From NCBI RefSeq assembly GCF_001194135.2, contig NC_068982.1, forward strand, positions 51,891,433 through 51,948,434: a stretch of DNA of 57,002 bases, given 5' to 3'. Below are positions 11,568 through 23,975 of this stretch, one piece after another. This DNA is from Octopus bimaculoides. Lineage: Eukaryota. The notes beneath the pieces are model-generated. The model ran no database searches and was not told the origin of the DNA. It was given only the letters and a program-made list of their open reading frames with translations. Within the stretch, counting starts at the first letter, position 1, and every line of letters begins with the position of its first letter. A program made the position numbers and the translations under genes.

Positions 11568-11915
11568 TCATCATCATCATTTAACACCTGTTGCCCATGC
11601 TGGCATGGGTCAGATGGTTTGACCAGGGCTGGTAGCCTGAGGGGCTGCACTAGACTCCAATCTGATTTGGCATGGTTTCTACGGCTGGATGCTCTTCCTA
11701 ACACCAACCACTCTGAGAGTGTAATGGATGCTTTTATGTGCCACTGGCACAGGTGCTAGTTGTGTGACACCAGTATCTGCCACAACTATGATTTCACTTG
11801 GTTTGATGAGTCTTCTTCTCAAGCACAGTATATTGCCAAAGGTCTTGGCCATTTATCATTGCCTCCATGAGGCCCAACGCTCGAAAAGTGCTTTTTACAT
11901 GCCACCAGCACAGGT
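11568..11915 (-). mobile_element. Solo RTE 3' end (family A)
   Basis: (CAT)n tail and conserved ctggatgctcttcctaacaccaaccactctgagagtg; includes UTR sequence matching 41870-41950. Confidence 0.85.
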
Positions 11916-11917
11916 GC

Positions 11918-12443
11918 TAGGGTTACTGAGAAGTTATGTCATATTTTCAAGCAAAAAGTTTGACATTACATAAGAAGATCCATGTCAGTCTATCAAAGAC
12001 TTATCACAGAGGTTTAATAAACCTAGGTTCACTGTGTAAGACCTCAATCTATTACATTGGGGAAAGTGCACAGAGAAGGGCAATGGGTACCTCATGAGCA
12101 TTTCCTTGAGAATAAAGGCTACATTAAAAAAAAAGATAATTCAAAGAAAGATAAATTCATTAGGCTAAGAAAGCTCTACTTCACCTTCCCCACTCCACCA
12201 TCAGATTTTTGTTTATTCAGGTCATTATCAGTGGAAAACATTCAGAAGCAAGAATGATGTCAAAATGGCACTCCAAATATTTTTGTCTTCTAGAGAACCT
12301 GATCTTTTTGCTCGAGGAATCAGAAAACTGGTTTTGAGGTGGGAAAATGTTATTGCTAATGATGGTAATTATATTTTGAATGAATAAATACATTTGAACT
12401 CATTATAAGACATGTGACATTACTTTTTTTGGTATCGCTAATA
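11918..12443 (+). mobile_element. Internally deleted mariner relic (~525 bp)
   Basis: GKVHREGQWVPHE (WVPHEL motif), PSDFCLFRSLS, C-terminal FARGIRKLVLRWENVIANDGNY; degenerate TIRs tagggttactgagaagttatgtca / tgacattactttttttggtatcgctaa-TA. Confidence 0.8.
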
Positions 12444-12989
12444 TATAAATATTCCTGCAATAGATTATGTATCCATAACAGGGAATCACTCAGAAACCTT
12501 CTGAGTTCTGAATGGTAGCTTATCATTCAATTATCAATTGAATGTATTCTTAATTAAAAATATTTCTTTAATGCACATATTTTACATACAGAATAATAGA
12601 AATGTTTATACGTCAACTCTCTCTTTCCCACACACACATCCATCCATCAGTATTGATATAGACCCATTTACCAGCATTATAACATTCAATATGCATATCG
12701 TATATATATATGTTCATCAACAAACATCCTTCATACACTGCCAATGTAATTGATTGAACACATTCAGTACATGTTAGCATACATCTAAATCTGCAGAAAG
12801 ATGTAATCATAACTTTTTGTATTTAAAACAGTCACGCATGCATTATCTCCCTTCCTTTCACTAACCCAGTGTCCAATATCAGCTGAGCATTTTAACAATA
12901 AATTGCAGACTTACAAGTAATGGTAAGAGAGAAAGAAGAAAAAAAAAGCAGTGAGCAAGAGTTTGTATGAGAGAGAGAGAGAGAGAGAG

Positions 12990-13724
12990 NNNNNNNNNNN
13001 NNNNNNNNNNNNNNNNNNNNNNNNNNNNNNNNNNNNNNNNNNNNNNNNNNNNNNNNNNNNNNNNNNNNNNNNNNNNNNNNNNNNNNNNNNNNNNNNNNNN
13101 NNNNNNNNNNNNNNNNNNNNNNNNNNNNNNNNNNNNNNNNNNNNNNNNNNNNNNNNNNNNNNNNNNNNNNNNNNNNNNNNNNNNNNNNNNNNNNNNNNNN
13201 NNNNNNNNNNNNNNNNNNNNNNNNNNNNNNNNNNNNNNNNNNNNNNNNNNNNNNNNNNNNNNNNNNNNNNNNNNNNNNNNNNNNNNNNNNNNNNNNNNNN
13301 NNNNNNNNNNNNNNNNNNNNNNNNNNNNNNNNNNNNNNNNNNNNNNNNNNNNNNNNNNNNNNNNNNNNNNNNNNNNNNNNNNNNNNNNNNNNNNNNNNNN
13401 NNNNNNNNNNNNNNNNNNNNNNNNNNNNNNNNNNNNNNNNNNNNNNNNNNNNNNNNNNNNNNNNNNNNNNNNNNNNNNNNNNNNNNNNNNNNNNNNNNNN
13501 NNNNNNNNNNNNNNNNNNNNNNNNNNNNNNNNNNNNNNNNNNNNNNNNNNNNNNNNNNNNNNNNNNNNNNNNNNNNNNNNNNNNNNNNNNNNNNNNNNNN
13601 NNNNNNNNNNNNNNNNNNNNNNNNNNNNNNNNNNNNNNNNNNNNNNNNNNNNNNNNNNNNNNNNNNNNNNNNNNNNNNNNNNNNNNNNNNNNNNNNNNNN
13701 NNNNNNNNNNNNNNNNNNNNNNNN
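12990..13724. other. Assembly gap (N) flanked by (GA)n and (TA)n
   Basis: N run; other gaps at ~16207, 19651, 23838, 29152, 30909, 35054, 48558, 49530, 52663 and 54569. Confidence 0.99.
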
Positions 13725-13767
<43 letters not shown>

Positions 13768-13789
13768 ATGTATGTATGTATATAACTAT

Positions 13790-13955
13790 GTGTGCATGTC
13801 TTTGTTTGTTCCCCTCACTCTTGCCACTTGACAACCAGTGCTGGTGTATGTATGTCCCTGTAACTTAGCAGTTCAGCAAGAGTGACAGACAGAATAAGTA
13901 CCAGGCTTTAAAAAGAAAAAAATGTAATGGGTTAGAATCATTCGAGTAAAAGATA
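13790..13955 (+). mobile_element. SINE B 3' half
   Basis: cttgacaaccagtgctggtgt...gtaacttagcagttcagcaa...agaataagtaccaggctt. Confidence 0.75.
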
Positions 13956-14189
13956 AGAAATTTGATGACAGTAACTTTGAAGTTTCAGCCAGTTAAGCCA
14001 TTGTTAGACTGTGACGCATTGAAATGCATTGGAGTTAACCTTGGCTTTATATAGTCTCTGTTGAGATAAAATCTTCCTTGGGTATGTGGGTTTGAATGGT
14101 GAGGTAATTAAGTTTTAGAGTCGTTTCTTATAGAGAGGTGTTTTGGAAAAATTTTTATTGATTAAATTTGGGATTATGTTATTGCTGGT

Positions 14190-14405
14190 CCATTGTAAAG
14201 TTTAAGGCCAGCAATTTTGAGGGGAGAAGACAAGTCTATTACATCAACCCCAATACTTGACAGGTATTTTATTTTATTGACCCTGAAAGGATGAAAGACA
14301 AAGTTGAACTTGGCAGGATTTGAACTTAGAACATAAAGAGCAGGAAGAAATGCCGCAAAGTATTTTGTCCAACTTGTTAATGATTCTGCTAGCTTGCCAA
14401 CTGTA
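14190..14405 (-). mobile_element. SINE family C (tail type 1)
   Basis: gaccctgaaaggatgaaagacaaagttgaacttggcaggatttgaact matches the C core. Confidence 0.75.
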
Positions 14406-14585
14406 AAAACATATTGCTATAGTAGAATTGTCACCATTGTGATAATAGAATTGAACAAACATCATCATTGAATTCAAATTCTTATAAACTAATTTCTGAA
14501 ATAAAATAAAGAACATCCCAAGCCAAAAAGAGAGCAGCTGATACATTCAGTATAATGTATTTGTAGATATACTATTTCTGAAAAT

Positions 14586-14966
14586 GTTGGCACTACATCG
14601 TCGCTTACGTCGAGGGTTCCAGTTGATCTGATCAACGGAACAGCCTGCTCATGAAATTAACGTGCAAGTGGCTGAGCACTCCACAGACACGTGTACCCTT
14701 AACGTAGTTCTCGGGGATATTCAGCATGACACAGTGTGACAAGGCTGACCCTTTGAATTACAGGCACAACAGAAACAGGAAGTAAGAGTGAGAGAAAGTT
14801 GTGGTGAAAGAGTACAGCAGGGTTCGCCACCACCCCCTGCCGGAGCTTCGTGGAGCTTTAGGTGTTTTCGCTCAATAAACACTCACAACGCCCGGTCTGG
14901 GAATCGAAACCGCGATCCTATGACCGTGAGTCCGCTGCCCTAACCACTGGGCCATTGCGCCTCCAC
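14586..14966 (-). mobile_element. SINE family F, young full-length copy with 12-bp TSD
   Basis: tRNA head ggaggcgcaatggcccagtggttagggcagcggactc...ggtttcgattccc; TSD atttctgaaaat at 14574-14585 and 14967-14978; highly similar to 25574-25962. Confidence 0.92.
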
Positions 14967-15072
14967 ATTTCTGAAAATAAAACACAATGAAATGCCTTTG
15001 ATCATGGGTCTATTTGATCGCATCTAACCAGGAACTGAACAACAAGAACAGCAATAATGAATGTAACTCTTT

Positions 15073-15270
15073 CATCATCATCATCACCACCATTTAATGC
15101 CCACTTTCCTGCTGGCATGGATTGACAAGATCTGGCATGCTGCAGGGCTAAATTTAGCTCCAATGTCAGCTTTGGCAAGGTTTCTATGGCTAGATGCCCT
15201 TCCTAATAACAAATACTTAATAGAGTGTACTCGGTGCGTTTGTCATGCCACCAGCATGAGTGAGGTCACT
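15073..15270 (-). mobile_element. Solo RTE 3' end (family A), truncated
   Basis: (CAT)n tail, tttctatggctagatgcccttcctaat. Confidence 0.7.
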
Positions 15271-15494
15271 AAGTTATTTGCAAGACAAGAAAAGAACAGG
15301 AAGGACATAAAAATGTATAAGACCCTGACTAAATGGTAAATATAATGTTTAAAATGCAACCATTTTGGCTAACTCAGTACTTAATTTATTAACTTGACAG
15401 CTGAGTAACTTTGCTTTAAAATGTTAGATGACTAAGCACGTGATCATGAATTCAAACCTTAAAACTACAAAGAAAGTTTTTGGGTCTGAGGAAA

Positions 15495-15897
15495 GATCGT
15501 TGCCAGAGCACCAGCTGTCTGGCTTTCATGCTAGTGGCACGTAAATAGCACCATTTAAGCGTGACCGTTACCAACGTAGCCTTCCTGGCACATGAAAAGA
15601 CATTTGAGCGAGTTCGTTGCCAGTACCGCTGGACTGGCCCTTGTGCAGGTGGGACGTAAAATACACCATTTCAAACGTGGCCGTTGCCAGTACCACATGA
15701 CTGGCCTTTGTGCCGGTGGCACGTAAAAGCACCCACTACACTCTCGGAGTGGTTGGCGTTAGGAAGGGCATCCAGCTGTAGAAACTCTACCAAATCAGAT
15801 TGGAGCCTGGTGTAGCCATCTGGTTCACCAGTCCTCAGTCAAATCGTCCAACCCATGCTAGCATGGAAAGCAGACCTTAAACGATGATGATGATGAT
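15495..15897 (+). mobile_element. Solo RTE 3' end (family A) with ~4 repeat units
   Basis: gccagtaccgctggactggc units, then aggaagggcatccagctgtagaaac and a (GAT)n tail. Confidence 0.9.
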
Positions 15898-16018
15898 TGC
15901 CAAAATAGACTGATTAACAAAAATTTTCTCTTCTTTTTGGTTCAGTAATTCGAAGCATAAATGGAATCTAGCTGTGAAAAACAATTGAGGTAACAATAGT
16001 AAGTAAAATAACAATAGT

Positions 16019-16397
16019 AAACAAGAGCACTCAGAGAGCGCAAACCTCTGCTAAGGCAACACCAACATCGTCTCAACGATTAGCCAGAGATGATTTTTAA
16101 AATGAGAATATCTGAAATAAACTCGACTGCTCTCACAAACAAGAATACAAAAAATGAACCTGACCACTCTCAAAAAAAAAAAGTTAAAAAAAACAGGAAA
16201 AATAACNNNNNNNNNNGAATCCTTGTCCACTACCAGATCAAACCCAAAATCTAACCAGTTCATGGCAGTCACAAGGCCAAACATCACTGAAAGTTTTATC
16301 CGAATCCATCCAGTGGTTCTTGAGATATCTTGTCCACAGGCAAACAAACAAACACGACTGAAAACAATACCATCGCCTTCGCTAAGGCGGAGGTAAT
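16019..16397 (-). mobile_element. Helentron-associated non-autonomous element (HINE / DINE-1-like)
   Basis: 5' attacctccgccttagcgaaggcg (subterminal IR plus hairpin), (GTTT)3, 3' ccttagcagaggtt followed by stem-loop gcgctc-tct-gagtgc and TT. Confidence 0.75.
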
Positions 16398-16467
16398 AAC
16401 ACTCCATTTAATGTTATTAAGGATAACTATTATATAAAAAAAAATAAGCTATTAAGTAAATCTACCT

Positions 16468-16862
16468 ATAGACGCAGGAGTAGCTGTGTGCTAAGTACCT
16501 TGCTTACCAACCACATGGTTCCAGGTTCAGTCCCACTACATGGTACCTTGGGCAAGTGTCTTCTACTATAGCTTCAGGCCAACCAAAGCCTTGTGAGTGG
16601 ATTTGGTAGACGGAAACTAAAAGAAGCCCATCGTATATATATGTGTATTGCGTGTGTGTGTGTATCTGTCTGTCCCCACCACCATCACTTGACAACTGAT
16701 GCTCGTGTGTTTACGTCCCTGTAACTTAGTGGTTCGGCAAAAGAAACCAATAGAATAAGTACTAGGTTTACAAAGAATAAGTCCTGGAGTCAATTTGTTC
16801 AACTAAAGGCAGTGCTCCAGCATGGCTGCATTCAAATGACTGAAACAAGTAACGGAGTAAAA
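16468..16862 (+). mobile_element. SINE family B, full length
   Basis: Head, CORE-like segment, microsatellite and tail all collinear with 2183-2640. Confidence 0.9.
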
Positions 16863-17064
16863 GAATATATATTCATAACAAAACAAGAGAGCTATTTAGC
16901 AGTCATTTAACCATCAAGAAATATAAACCAAAACCTCTTCAAACATCACCCAACCATTTTAGAAAAAATGGGGTTACACATTGGATAACACTGTAACACA
17001 ATTTTTGTCCTGTTATTTCTTATTTGATGACTCCTAGAAAGTATGAAAAATGGTTAACATTTCC

Positions 17065-17270
17065 TTCAAACTCTGCTTTTATTACATTTATTCAACCCCC
17101 AAAGACCCTTCTCAATACATGGCTATGATGCTCCCCTATTACTCTGCAGAGATGCACATATTATCAGCCACTGAGGGACATGCTCAAGTGGTTACGGTCA
17201 AGCAACTGACAAGAAAATATGCAGTATTGAGCAGAATATTTGTTATAATGATATTTCTGCTTCAGCAACT
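17065..17270 (-). repeat. Family H interspersed repeat fragment
   Basis: Reverse complement gagcatgtccctcagtggctgataatatgtgcatctctg...ggggagcatcatagccatgt matches 33000-33150. Confidence 0.7.
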
Positions 17271-17489
17271 CAGTGCTGAATTTATCTGAAATATAATGGG
17301 AAATAGGTCAGTTTCAAAGCATTGATGTCCAGGTCACAAAAGCAAAGTTGGAAGGGAATAGTAGTCATTTCCTTTGATTTCTAGATAGAAGCAAATAGGA
17401 AATAACACTTACTGACCAAAGAGAAAAGAAGAAAAAAAAACCTTGTTACACACTGGATAATCCATTGTCTAGTTTAACACCACCACCAG

Positions 17490-17790
17490 GCCTTTGAGTG
17501 CTTTTAAGTGAGTAAACATCTTTGCAATGACTTTGGCCAGGTCTCCAGTCTGAGGATAACTTCTTTCCTCCTGATAGTCTTGAGACCCTGAAAAGATCAG
17601 GAGTGCTTCTTCTGATGAAGCCATGAGAAACATTTTCCTCTTCTTACATTGATATAAAGTGAGTTTCACAAGACTAATTTGGATGTTTCCAGTTCAGGGT
17701 GGCACACGCACTGATCAAATAGACACAACCATCTTTGCTTGATCTTCTTGCTAACTTTTGACAGGTCTCCATAAAGGTATTCACTTGTCA
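17490..17790 (-). pseudogene. Degraded C-terminus of an RTE-like LINE ORF (second lineage)
   Basis: VSKKIKQRWLCLFDQCVCHPELETSKLVL*...RRGK resembles the RTE motif I.EKIR.RRLR..GH..RHPE...SKL.LW....G.R.RGR. Confidence 0.55.
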
Positions 17791-18679
17791 TATGTTGCTG
17801 CCACGTAGGGCTTCTTTCAGTTTTTACCTACCAAATCTACTCGAAAGGCTTTGGTCACACAATGGAACTGAACATGAAGCCATTTCGTTGGGAAACAAAC
17901 ATCTTACAACACAGTATAACTGAATAGAACATTAATTGTGAAATGTTATTGATAGTTTCTGTCAATTAAATGAAATATTTATGGCTGAAAGTAACAGTTG
18001 TGGACACATAATGTCAGAGTAAGGAACAAGGAAAAAGAAGTTTAACCTTGTCAAGCCATATTCCTGCTATAGCAGGAATAGGTTAAATGTTATCTCTGCT
18101 GGATTCCCAATAAAGCAGTAATGAACAACACACATAGAAAAAGAAGAAGCAGCCAATTTTGCTCATTAGTTTACCTGCAATCATTACTCTTGAACTATAT
18201 ATGCAACTATTTATTTTTTTGCTTGGGAGCCCGGGTGGAGAGTAAAGTTAGACACAGGGACCCAGGTCTGAGAGGATTGCGTTTACATTTATCCCAAATG
18301 CCAACTCTGATAGATGATATTTATGACCAAAGGCATTCCAACCAAGCCTATTCTGTTTTAGTATATATATCTTAGTCTACACCAGCCATGGACAAACTTC
18401 AGCCTGTGGGATTCCCTGAATGGCAAGCCTAATGAAAAATTACCTTGAATATTTTTACTAGTATGGCCCACCTGTACCTGCTCTATACTGTTGAACATGT
18501 CTATCTTTTAAAGTTTGATTTGATAGAGATTTGGCTGCTATTTCTAGCATGTGGGTCAACTGCATAGTGGCGCCCTCGTTGATTTATTTAGTAAATTGCT
18601 GGCTGTTGGCAACTAATTGTATTTATTTCATTTTTTTTTTCTTTTTTCGCTTTTTTCTTTTTTCTTTTTTTTCATGCAA

Positions 18680-19135
18680 AAGACAGTGTGTGTAAAGCAT
18701 GATGATGCATGATAGTGTGATATGGATAGTGAATATGGCTGTTTTGGAGAGGCTGAAAAGAGATAAAGCACATGTGATTTGTCAGACATGTAATGTTAAC
18801 ATACGTGAAGGGTAGAGAAGAACACGTGAGATGAGAGAGTGGCTGGGCATTAAAGACTTCATCTGAAAAGTGCAGAGGAGATGCCTAAGATATAGTCATG
18901 TGATATGAATGGACAAGATGAGCTGGATGACAAAGTGTCAGAGGAAGACATAGGAAAAGAGTTAGTAAAAGTTAGATCTCATGATGCTGGGTCTTACAGA
19001 GATGACACACACAAAAAAACCCAGATCTGTAATGAGATGCTGCAAAGTAGATTTAACCAATTCACACAAACAAAAAACACAGCCATACACTTAGAATGTT
19101 GTTGTTGATGATAATGATGATGATGATGATACATA
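18680..19135 (+). pseudogene. Old RTE C-terminal fragment with (GAT)n tail
   Basis: CNVNIREG*RRTREMREWLGIKDFI*KVQRRCLRYSHVI*MD aligns with the 41550-41680 translation. Confidence 0.6.
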
Positions 19136-19299
19136 TGTCGAGATTCAAGCAATGGCAGTCAGTTGAAGTTCTCTTACCCCTATCCATCTGGTTAAAAAAT
19201 AAACATCAAATGTATTTCAGAGAACAGGGCTCCTCCTTTGATCTGAGAACTAAGACAGCCTCTGTATAAATACATCAATATATCATTGTGAATATGATT

Positions 19300-19506
19300 T
19301 AGGTGTTTCAGTCATTAGACTGTGGTCATGTTGGGGTACCACCTTGAAGAATTTTTAGTCAAAGGAATCAACCCCTGTACTGTTTTTATTTTTAAAGCCT
19401 GGTACTTCTATCGGTCACTTTTGACAAACCACTACATTATAGGGATGTAAACACACCAACACCAGTTGTTAAACAGTAGGATACAAACACAGGCACAAAG
19501 ACACAC

Positions 19507-19546
<40 letters not shown>

Positions 19547-20045
19547 TCTTTACTCTTTTACTTGTTTCAGTCATTTGACTGGGCCACGCTGGAGCACCGC
19601 CTTTAGTCAAGCAAATCGACCCCAGGAATTATTCTCTGTAAGCCTAGTACNNNNNNNNNNNNNNNNNNNNNNNNNNNNNNNNNNNNNNNNNNNNNNNNNN
19701 NNNNNNNNNNNNNNNNNNNNNNNNNNNNNNNNNNNNNNNNNNNNATATATACAACAGGCTTCTTTCAGTTTCTGCCTACCAAATCCACTCACAAGGCTTT
19801 GGTCGGCCTGAGGCTACTGTAGAAGACACTTGCCCAAAGTGCCACGCAGTAGGACTGAACCCAGAACCATGTGGTTGGTAATCAAGCTACTTACCACACA
19901 GTCACTCGTGTGCCTAAATCTACTCACAAGGCTTTGGCCTGAGGCTATAGTAGAAGATACTTGCCCTAGGTGCCAAGCAGTGGAACTGAACCCAGAACCA
20001 TGTGGTTGGGAAGCCAGTTTCTTACCACATAGCCACTCCTGCACA
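19300..20045 (-). mobile_element. SINE B nested inside SINE B
   Basis: 3' half 19300-19545, complete inner copy ~19546-19914 (with gap), outer 5' half ~19915-20045. Confidence 0.7.
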
Positions 20046-20663
20046 TAGAATAATAATTTTTTTTTTTTATATAAATTCTGTTATAGAATGCAAAGGAATG
20101 AAAAAAAAAATTAATTTCAAATGGTTTCAGATATACCTATTTTTGTAACAAGAAACCAAGTTGGATTTTTAAGCATAAAAAATAGAATTCAAAATAAATA
20201 CAAAAATATAGAAGTACATCAGACAATAAATACAAAGTAAATGCAAAATATATCTGAAGAATATATGATTTAAGGTAGGAAGTTCTACAGAGATTTTAAA
20301 ATTTTATTCTCTCTAAGATCCTACCTATGACAAAATTTAAAATTTCATAAATTTTTTTTAATATCCTGCATCATATGAAGACTACAGGTTTGTCCCTGAT
20401 AAGATAATGCTTAAAAGAATCTAAAAATCATTGTGTTTTAGCAAATATCATATGAAAGATAAGAAATTCAACACTAACCGAAAGTTAATACATTTTCCAT
20501 TCAAACCAATAATACTTGCTGTGTACTTATCTACCAACATGAAAGTCTCCACTAAACAGTATTCCATGATATTAACTCTCTCTCTCTCTCACTCTTTCTT
20601 TCTTTTTTATTTTCTCTTTCTCTTCTTTCTCTCGTTCTTGCTTTCTTTCATATATAAACATAC

Positions 20664-20816
20664 CCCATAGTTTTGAGCCATCCTTAATGACCTCACTCGT
20701 TCTCTTGATTATGCTCTTCTTCGGTTGTGGGTTTGTAAAATAAAACAAAGCAAGAATCAAATTTGGGGGCTGTGATATCCAGGTAGAGACGGGGGTAAGG
20801 GTAAGGTAGTAAGTAA
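20664..20816 (-). CDS. Candidate 153-nt symmetric (phase 1-1) exon
   Basis: Strong acceptor tttttttttctttttgtccttgacag, donor GGG|gtatgt; open as TYYLTLTPVSTWISQPPNLILALFYFTNPQPKKSIIKRTSEVIKDGSKLW; unrecognised. Confidence 0.3.
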
Positions 20817-21790
20817 CTGTCAAGGACAAAAAGAAAAAAAAAGATGCTGAAAAAATTTAGGCTTCCTTCTATAGAGACTAATAGTGTAGTAGTGGCTCTG
20901 GTCACTGTTCTCCAAAATGTTGCTAGATTTCATAGGTTATTTAGTGCAATTAACTCTCGCTTTAATTGGTACAGAGAGAAAGGGGAGAAGAATTTGTATA
21001 GAAATGAAAGTGAATTTAGGAGAAAAGACAAAGAAATAGAAAAAAGTAAGAAATTGGAGTGATAACAAATCAGCTTAAAATGGAGTATAAAGTAATGAAA
21101 GAACAGTTGAAAAGAGAGCGGGGGGGGGGGGGATATGATAAAAATTATTTTCAAAAATGATTAAGAAATTTGAAAGACAAAAAGAAAAATAGAGACAAAG
21201 AAAACTAGAAGTCACAAGCTAAAAAGAAGAGGAGGAGAAATAAGAAATGAAGAAAAGACAAATTAGAATAGCAACTGTGTTGTTATGTTAAAAGATAAAC
21301 CATTGAGAATAAACTGAACTTTTGATGCTAACTACATTAAATATGTTAACACTAACTTAACTATTGTTATTGTTTAGTGTCAGATTAGCCTGGGTGCGGG
21401 GAGGGCGTATGTAGACTTAAAAGTTCAGTTGAAAATAAAACAATTATGAAGAGATAAATCATTCATATTGTAATGAGAAGAGAAGAAACAAAAATAAAAT
21501 GGTAGATGGTAGGAGGAGAAAAAAAAATGACAAAAATATCACTTAAAAACAACACATTTCTTTGTTGAATTATTTCACATGGGTTTATGTTAATTTGTTG
21601 AATTAAACAAGAAAACTCAACAGTTCCTTTATATGTGATGTGGATGTATATGCATGTAGTTGCTCATACAAAACATATGTTACCTTTATACAAGCAATGT
21701 GTTGTTCTTGATATCAACTACAACCGACATCATACTCAACCACATAAACACATCATGCACAATAAAGACGGAATACTAAGAGTTACATAC

Positions 21791-21804
21791 ATCTCCACAA
21801 CACT
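21791..21804 (-). CDS. Candidate 14-nt micro-exon
   Basis: ttttgttttcttcactgttttttcag|AGTGTTGTGGAGAT|gtatgt. Confidence 0.2.
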
Positions 21805-22031
21805 CTGAAAAAACAGTGAAGAAAACAAAATGATACACAAATATTTAAAATACTCACAGTACATTTGGCCAAGAGAAAGAAACAATAATGGTGGTACACG
21901 AACAATACATTAAATCTATCATGGATTGTGTCAATCCAATTTAGGCCCCCAATCTCTTCATAATTAAAGCACTAAATTGTAGATAACACAAAACGGTGCA
22001 ATTACCACAGGTTGTCCGCAGATCAGAGCTG

Positions 22032-22248
22032 CTGCATTTTCTGGCATACAAGTCAAATTTTTCAGACCAAAATTTTCAGTTAAAATAGGTAGGCCAACTT
22101 AAACACCAAGACGACATTGGAGGATGAAAAGTTTCATGCTGAAAAGCAACAGGACTCGGAAAGATAGTAAGGATGTTTGAATGTTTACACATGTTTACAC
22201 ATGTTTACAGCAAATACCATGTTGACTTGTATGCTGGAAAATGTAGTA
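22032..22248. mobile_element. pogo/Tc2-like MITE
   Basis: TIRs ctgcattttctggcatacaagtcaa / ttgacttgtatgctggaaaatgtag-TA; internal (tgtttacaca)x3. Confidence 0.6.
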
Positions 22249-22491
22249 CCAACCATCTGCACAATGCAACAAAAACACTAAAAATAAAAGACCACTTAAA
22301 TATGTAAGAAGCAAACTTCAACCTTCAGAGTATGAGCCACTGCATGAAAAAAAAAAAAAAATCACCTCCAAACTCCCAGGACATTATGACAACACCATTC
22401 TATAAAAAAAAACATTTACGCTCTCCCACTCAAGCCAAATAAACAAAAAATATTAATATACAGATAGCTGAAGCATCAAAAGTCAATAATA

Positions 22492-23369
22492 TACAAGGTG
22501 GTATCAAAAAGTTCCAGGACTTGTTATGTTTAATATAAAATAACTTATTTACCTAAGTTTTAAAATGATCTCCTTCGAAATAGTCACCTTGTGTAGCAAT
22601 ACACCAGTCCTAGCAATCCTGCTATATTTGGAATCTGGCCCGGAAGTCGTTTTCTGTAAGTGAGTCAAGGACCTCCTGTGATTTGCTCTGGATCAACATC
22701 AGTGTTAAAATGGTGACCTTTGAGGTGCTAAATCTGGCGAATAGGGCAGGTGCGGAAGCGATACCATGTTTTTGGTGAGTAACTCATGAGTAAGGAGAAC
22801 TTGGTGACAGGGTTTATGGTCGTCATGAAGAATCCAATACTTCATGCTCCACAGATCCGGTTGCTTTTGCCAAATGTCTTCCCTCGAAAGCTTCAAAACG
22901 TCACAGTAGAACTCTCAATTAACAGTCTGGCTCTGGGGGAGAAATTCTTGATACACAATACCACATTTCTGGGGTAGTAACACTTAAGGTAGGTCTTCCA
23001 GATTGCTCATCTTCCAGGGATGTTCTTCCACTTTTGTAGTGCCTGTGCCTCTCGAAACATTGCATACAATCCATTGCCTCATGACCATAAGCTCGACAAA
23101 GCATGTTCGATGCCTCTGTAGCAGACTTCCCAAGTTTAACACAGAATTTCATGTTAGTTCCTTGTTCCTGTCCATGACAAAATTGCATACTACAACATAC
23201 ACATAATCACAAAAACACAAATTTCACAATTTGCGAACTAAATACAGTTATGTCACTCAGTAAACTGCTTTCTGAAAGTCACTGCTAGCTCTCACTGTGT
23301 ACACAACCGTGTGTTGCCATCTGTTGGGCAATAGTGAACTAGTCTGAGAACTTTTTGATACTACTCCCG

Positions 23370-23371
<2 letters not shown>
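22492..23371 (-). mobile_element. Mariner transposon, internally deleted (~880 bp)
   Basis: TA plus TIRs caaggtggtatcaaaaagttccaggact / agtctgagaactttttgatactactcccg plus TA; N-terminal KFCVKLGKSATE...SLEDEQSGRP and C-terminal WILHDD...PHLPYSPDLAP. Confidence 0.9.
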
Positions 23372-23405
<34 letters not shown>

Positions 23406-23975
23406 CATACGCATATATATGTAAATGTAAGATCCAGAGATCAAGGTGTAGGAAGAAAAAAGAAAAAAGCAAAGCAATGAGGAGAGAGAAATTGATAGAA
23501 GGAATAGGGAGGTGAGGGTGATAGAGACAGGAAGATATGAGAGTGTAAAAAGATGATAGGTAAAGAGTAAAGGAGTGTCAGATAGAAAGAATGGGGGTGT
23601 GATGGGTGATAGAAAGAGAAAGGTATGAGAATGTAAAGAGTAAAGGAGTGTCTGGTATGTAGTGATAGAGCCTAAGTAAGGGGCAGAGAGAGGGGTAAGG
23701 TGTAGTAAAATGGTGGAATGAAGAATTTGGGAATATACATTGGACTCCTCATTCTCATAATCACCGAACCTGGAGCTTAACTATAGTTTATCCATAGCAC
23801 TTATTCAGCATTACCTGACACCATTACCCCCCCCCTCNNNNNNNNNNNNNNNNNNNNNNNNNNNNNNNNNNNNNNNNNNNNNNNNNNNNNNNNNNNNNNN
23901 NNNNNNNNNNNNNNNNNNNNNNNNNNNNNNNNNNNNNNNNNNTATATATATATATATATATATATACATACAATG

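Noticed and set aside
14870-14966. tRNA gene candidates here and at 25574, 23976, 7443 and 47092
   Set aside because: A/B-box heads continue into SINE bodies, with no complete acceptor stem or Pol III terminator
20480-20552. Possible exon VETFMLVDKYTASIIGLNGKCINF with a KH-like IIGxxG
   Set aside because: The upstream intron would be ~110 nt, purine-rich and without a polypyrimidine tract; the motif match is weak
20705-20730. ccgaagaagagc resembling the start of the hammerhead-like motif
   Set aside because: No complementary stem II or GAAAC follows; it lies within a candidate exon
23480-23720. Purine-rich tract with a 20-bp direct repeat gtaaagagtaaaggagtgtc
   Set aside because: Low-complexity GA-rich sequence with no element structure evident
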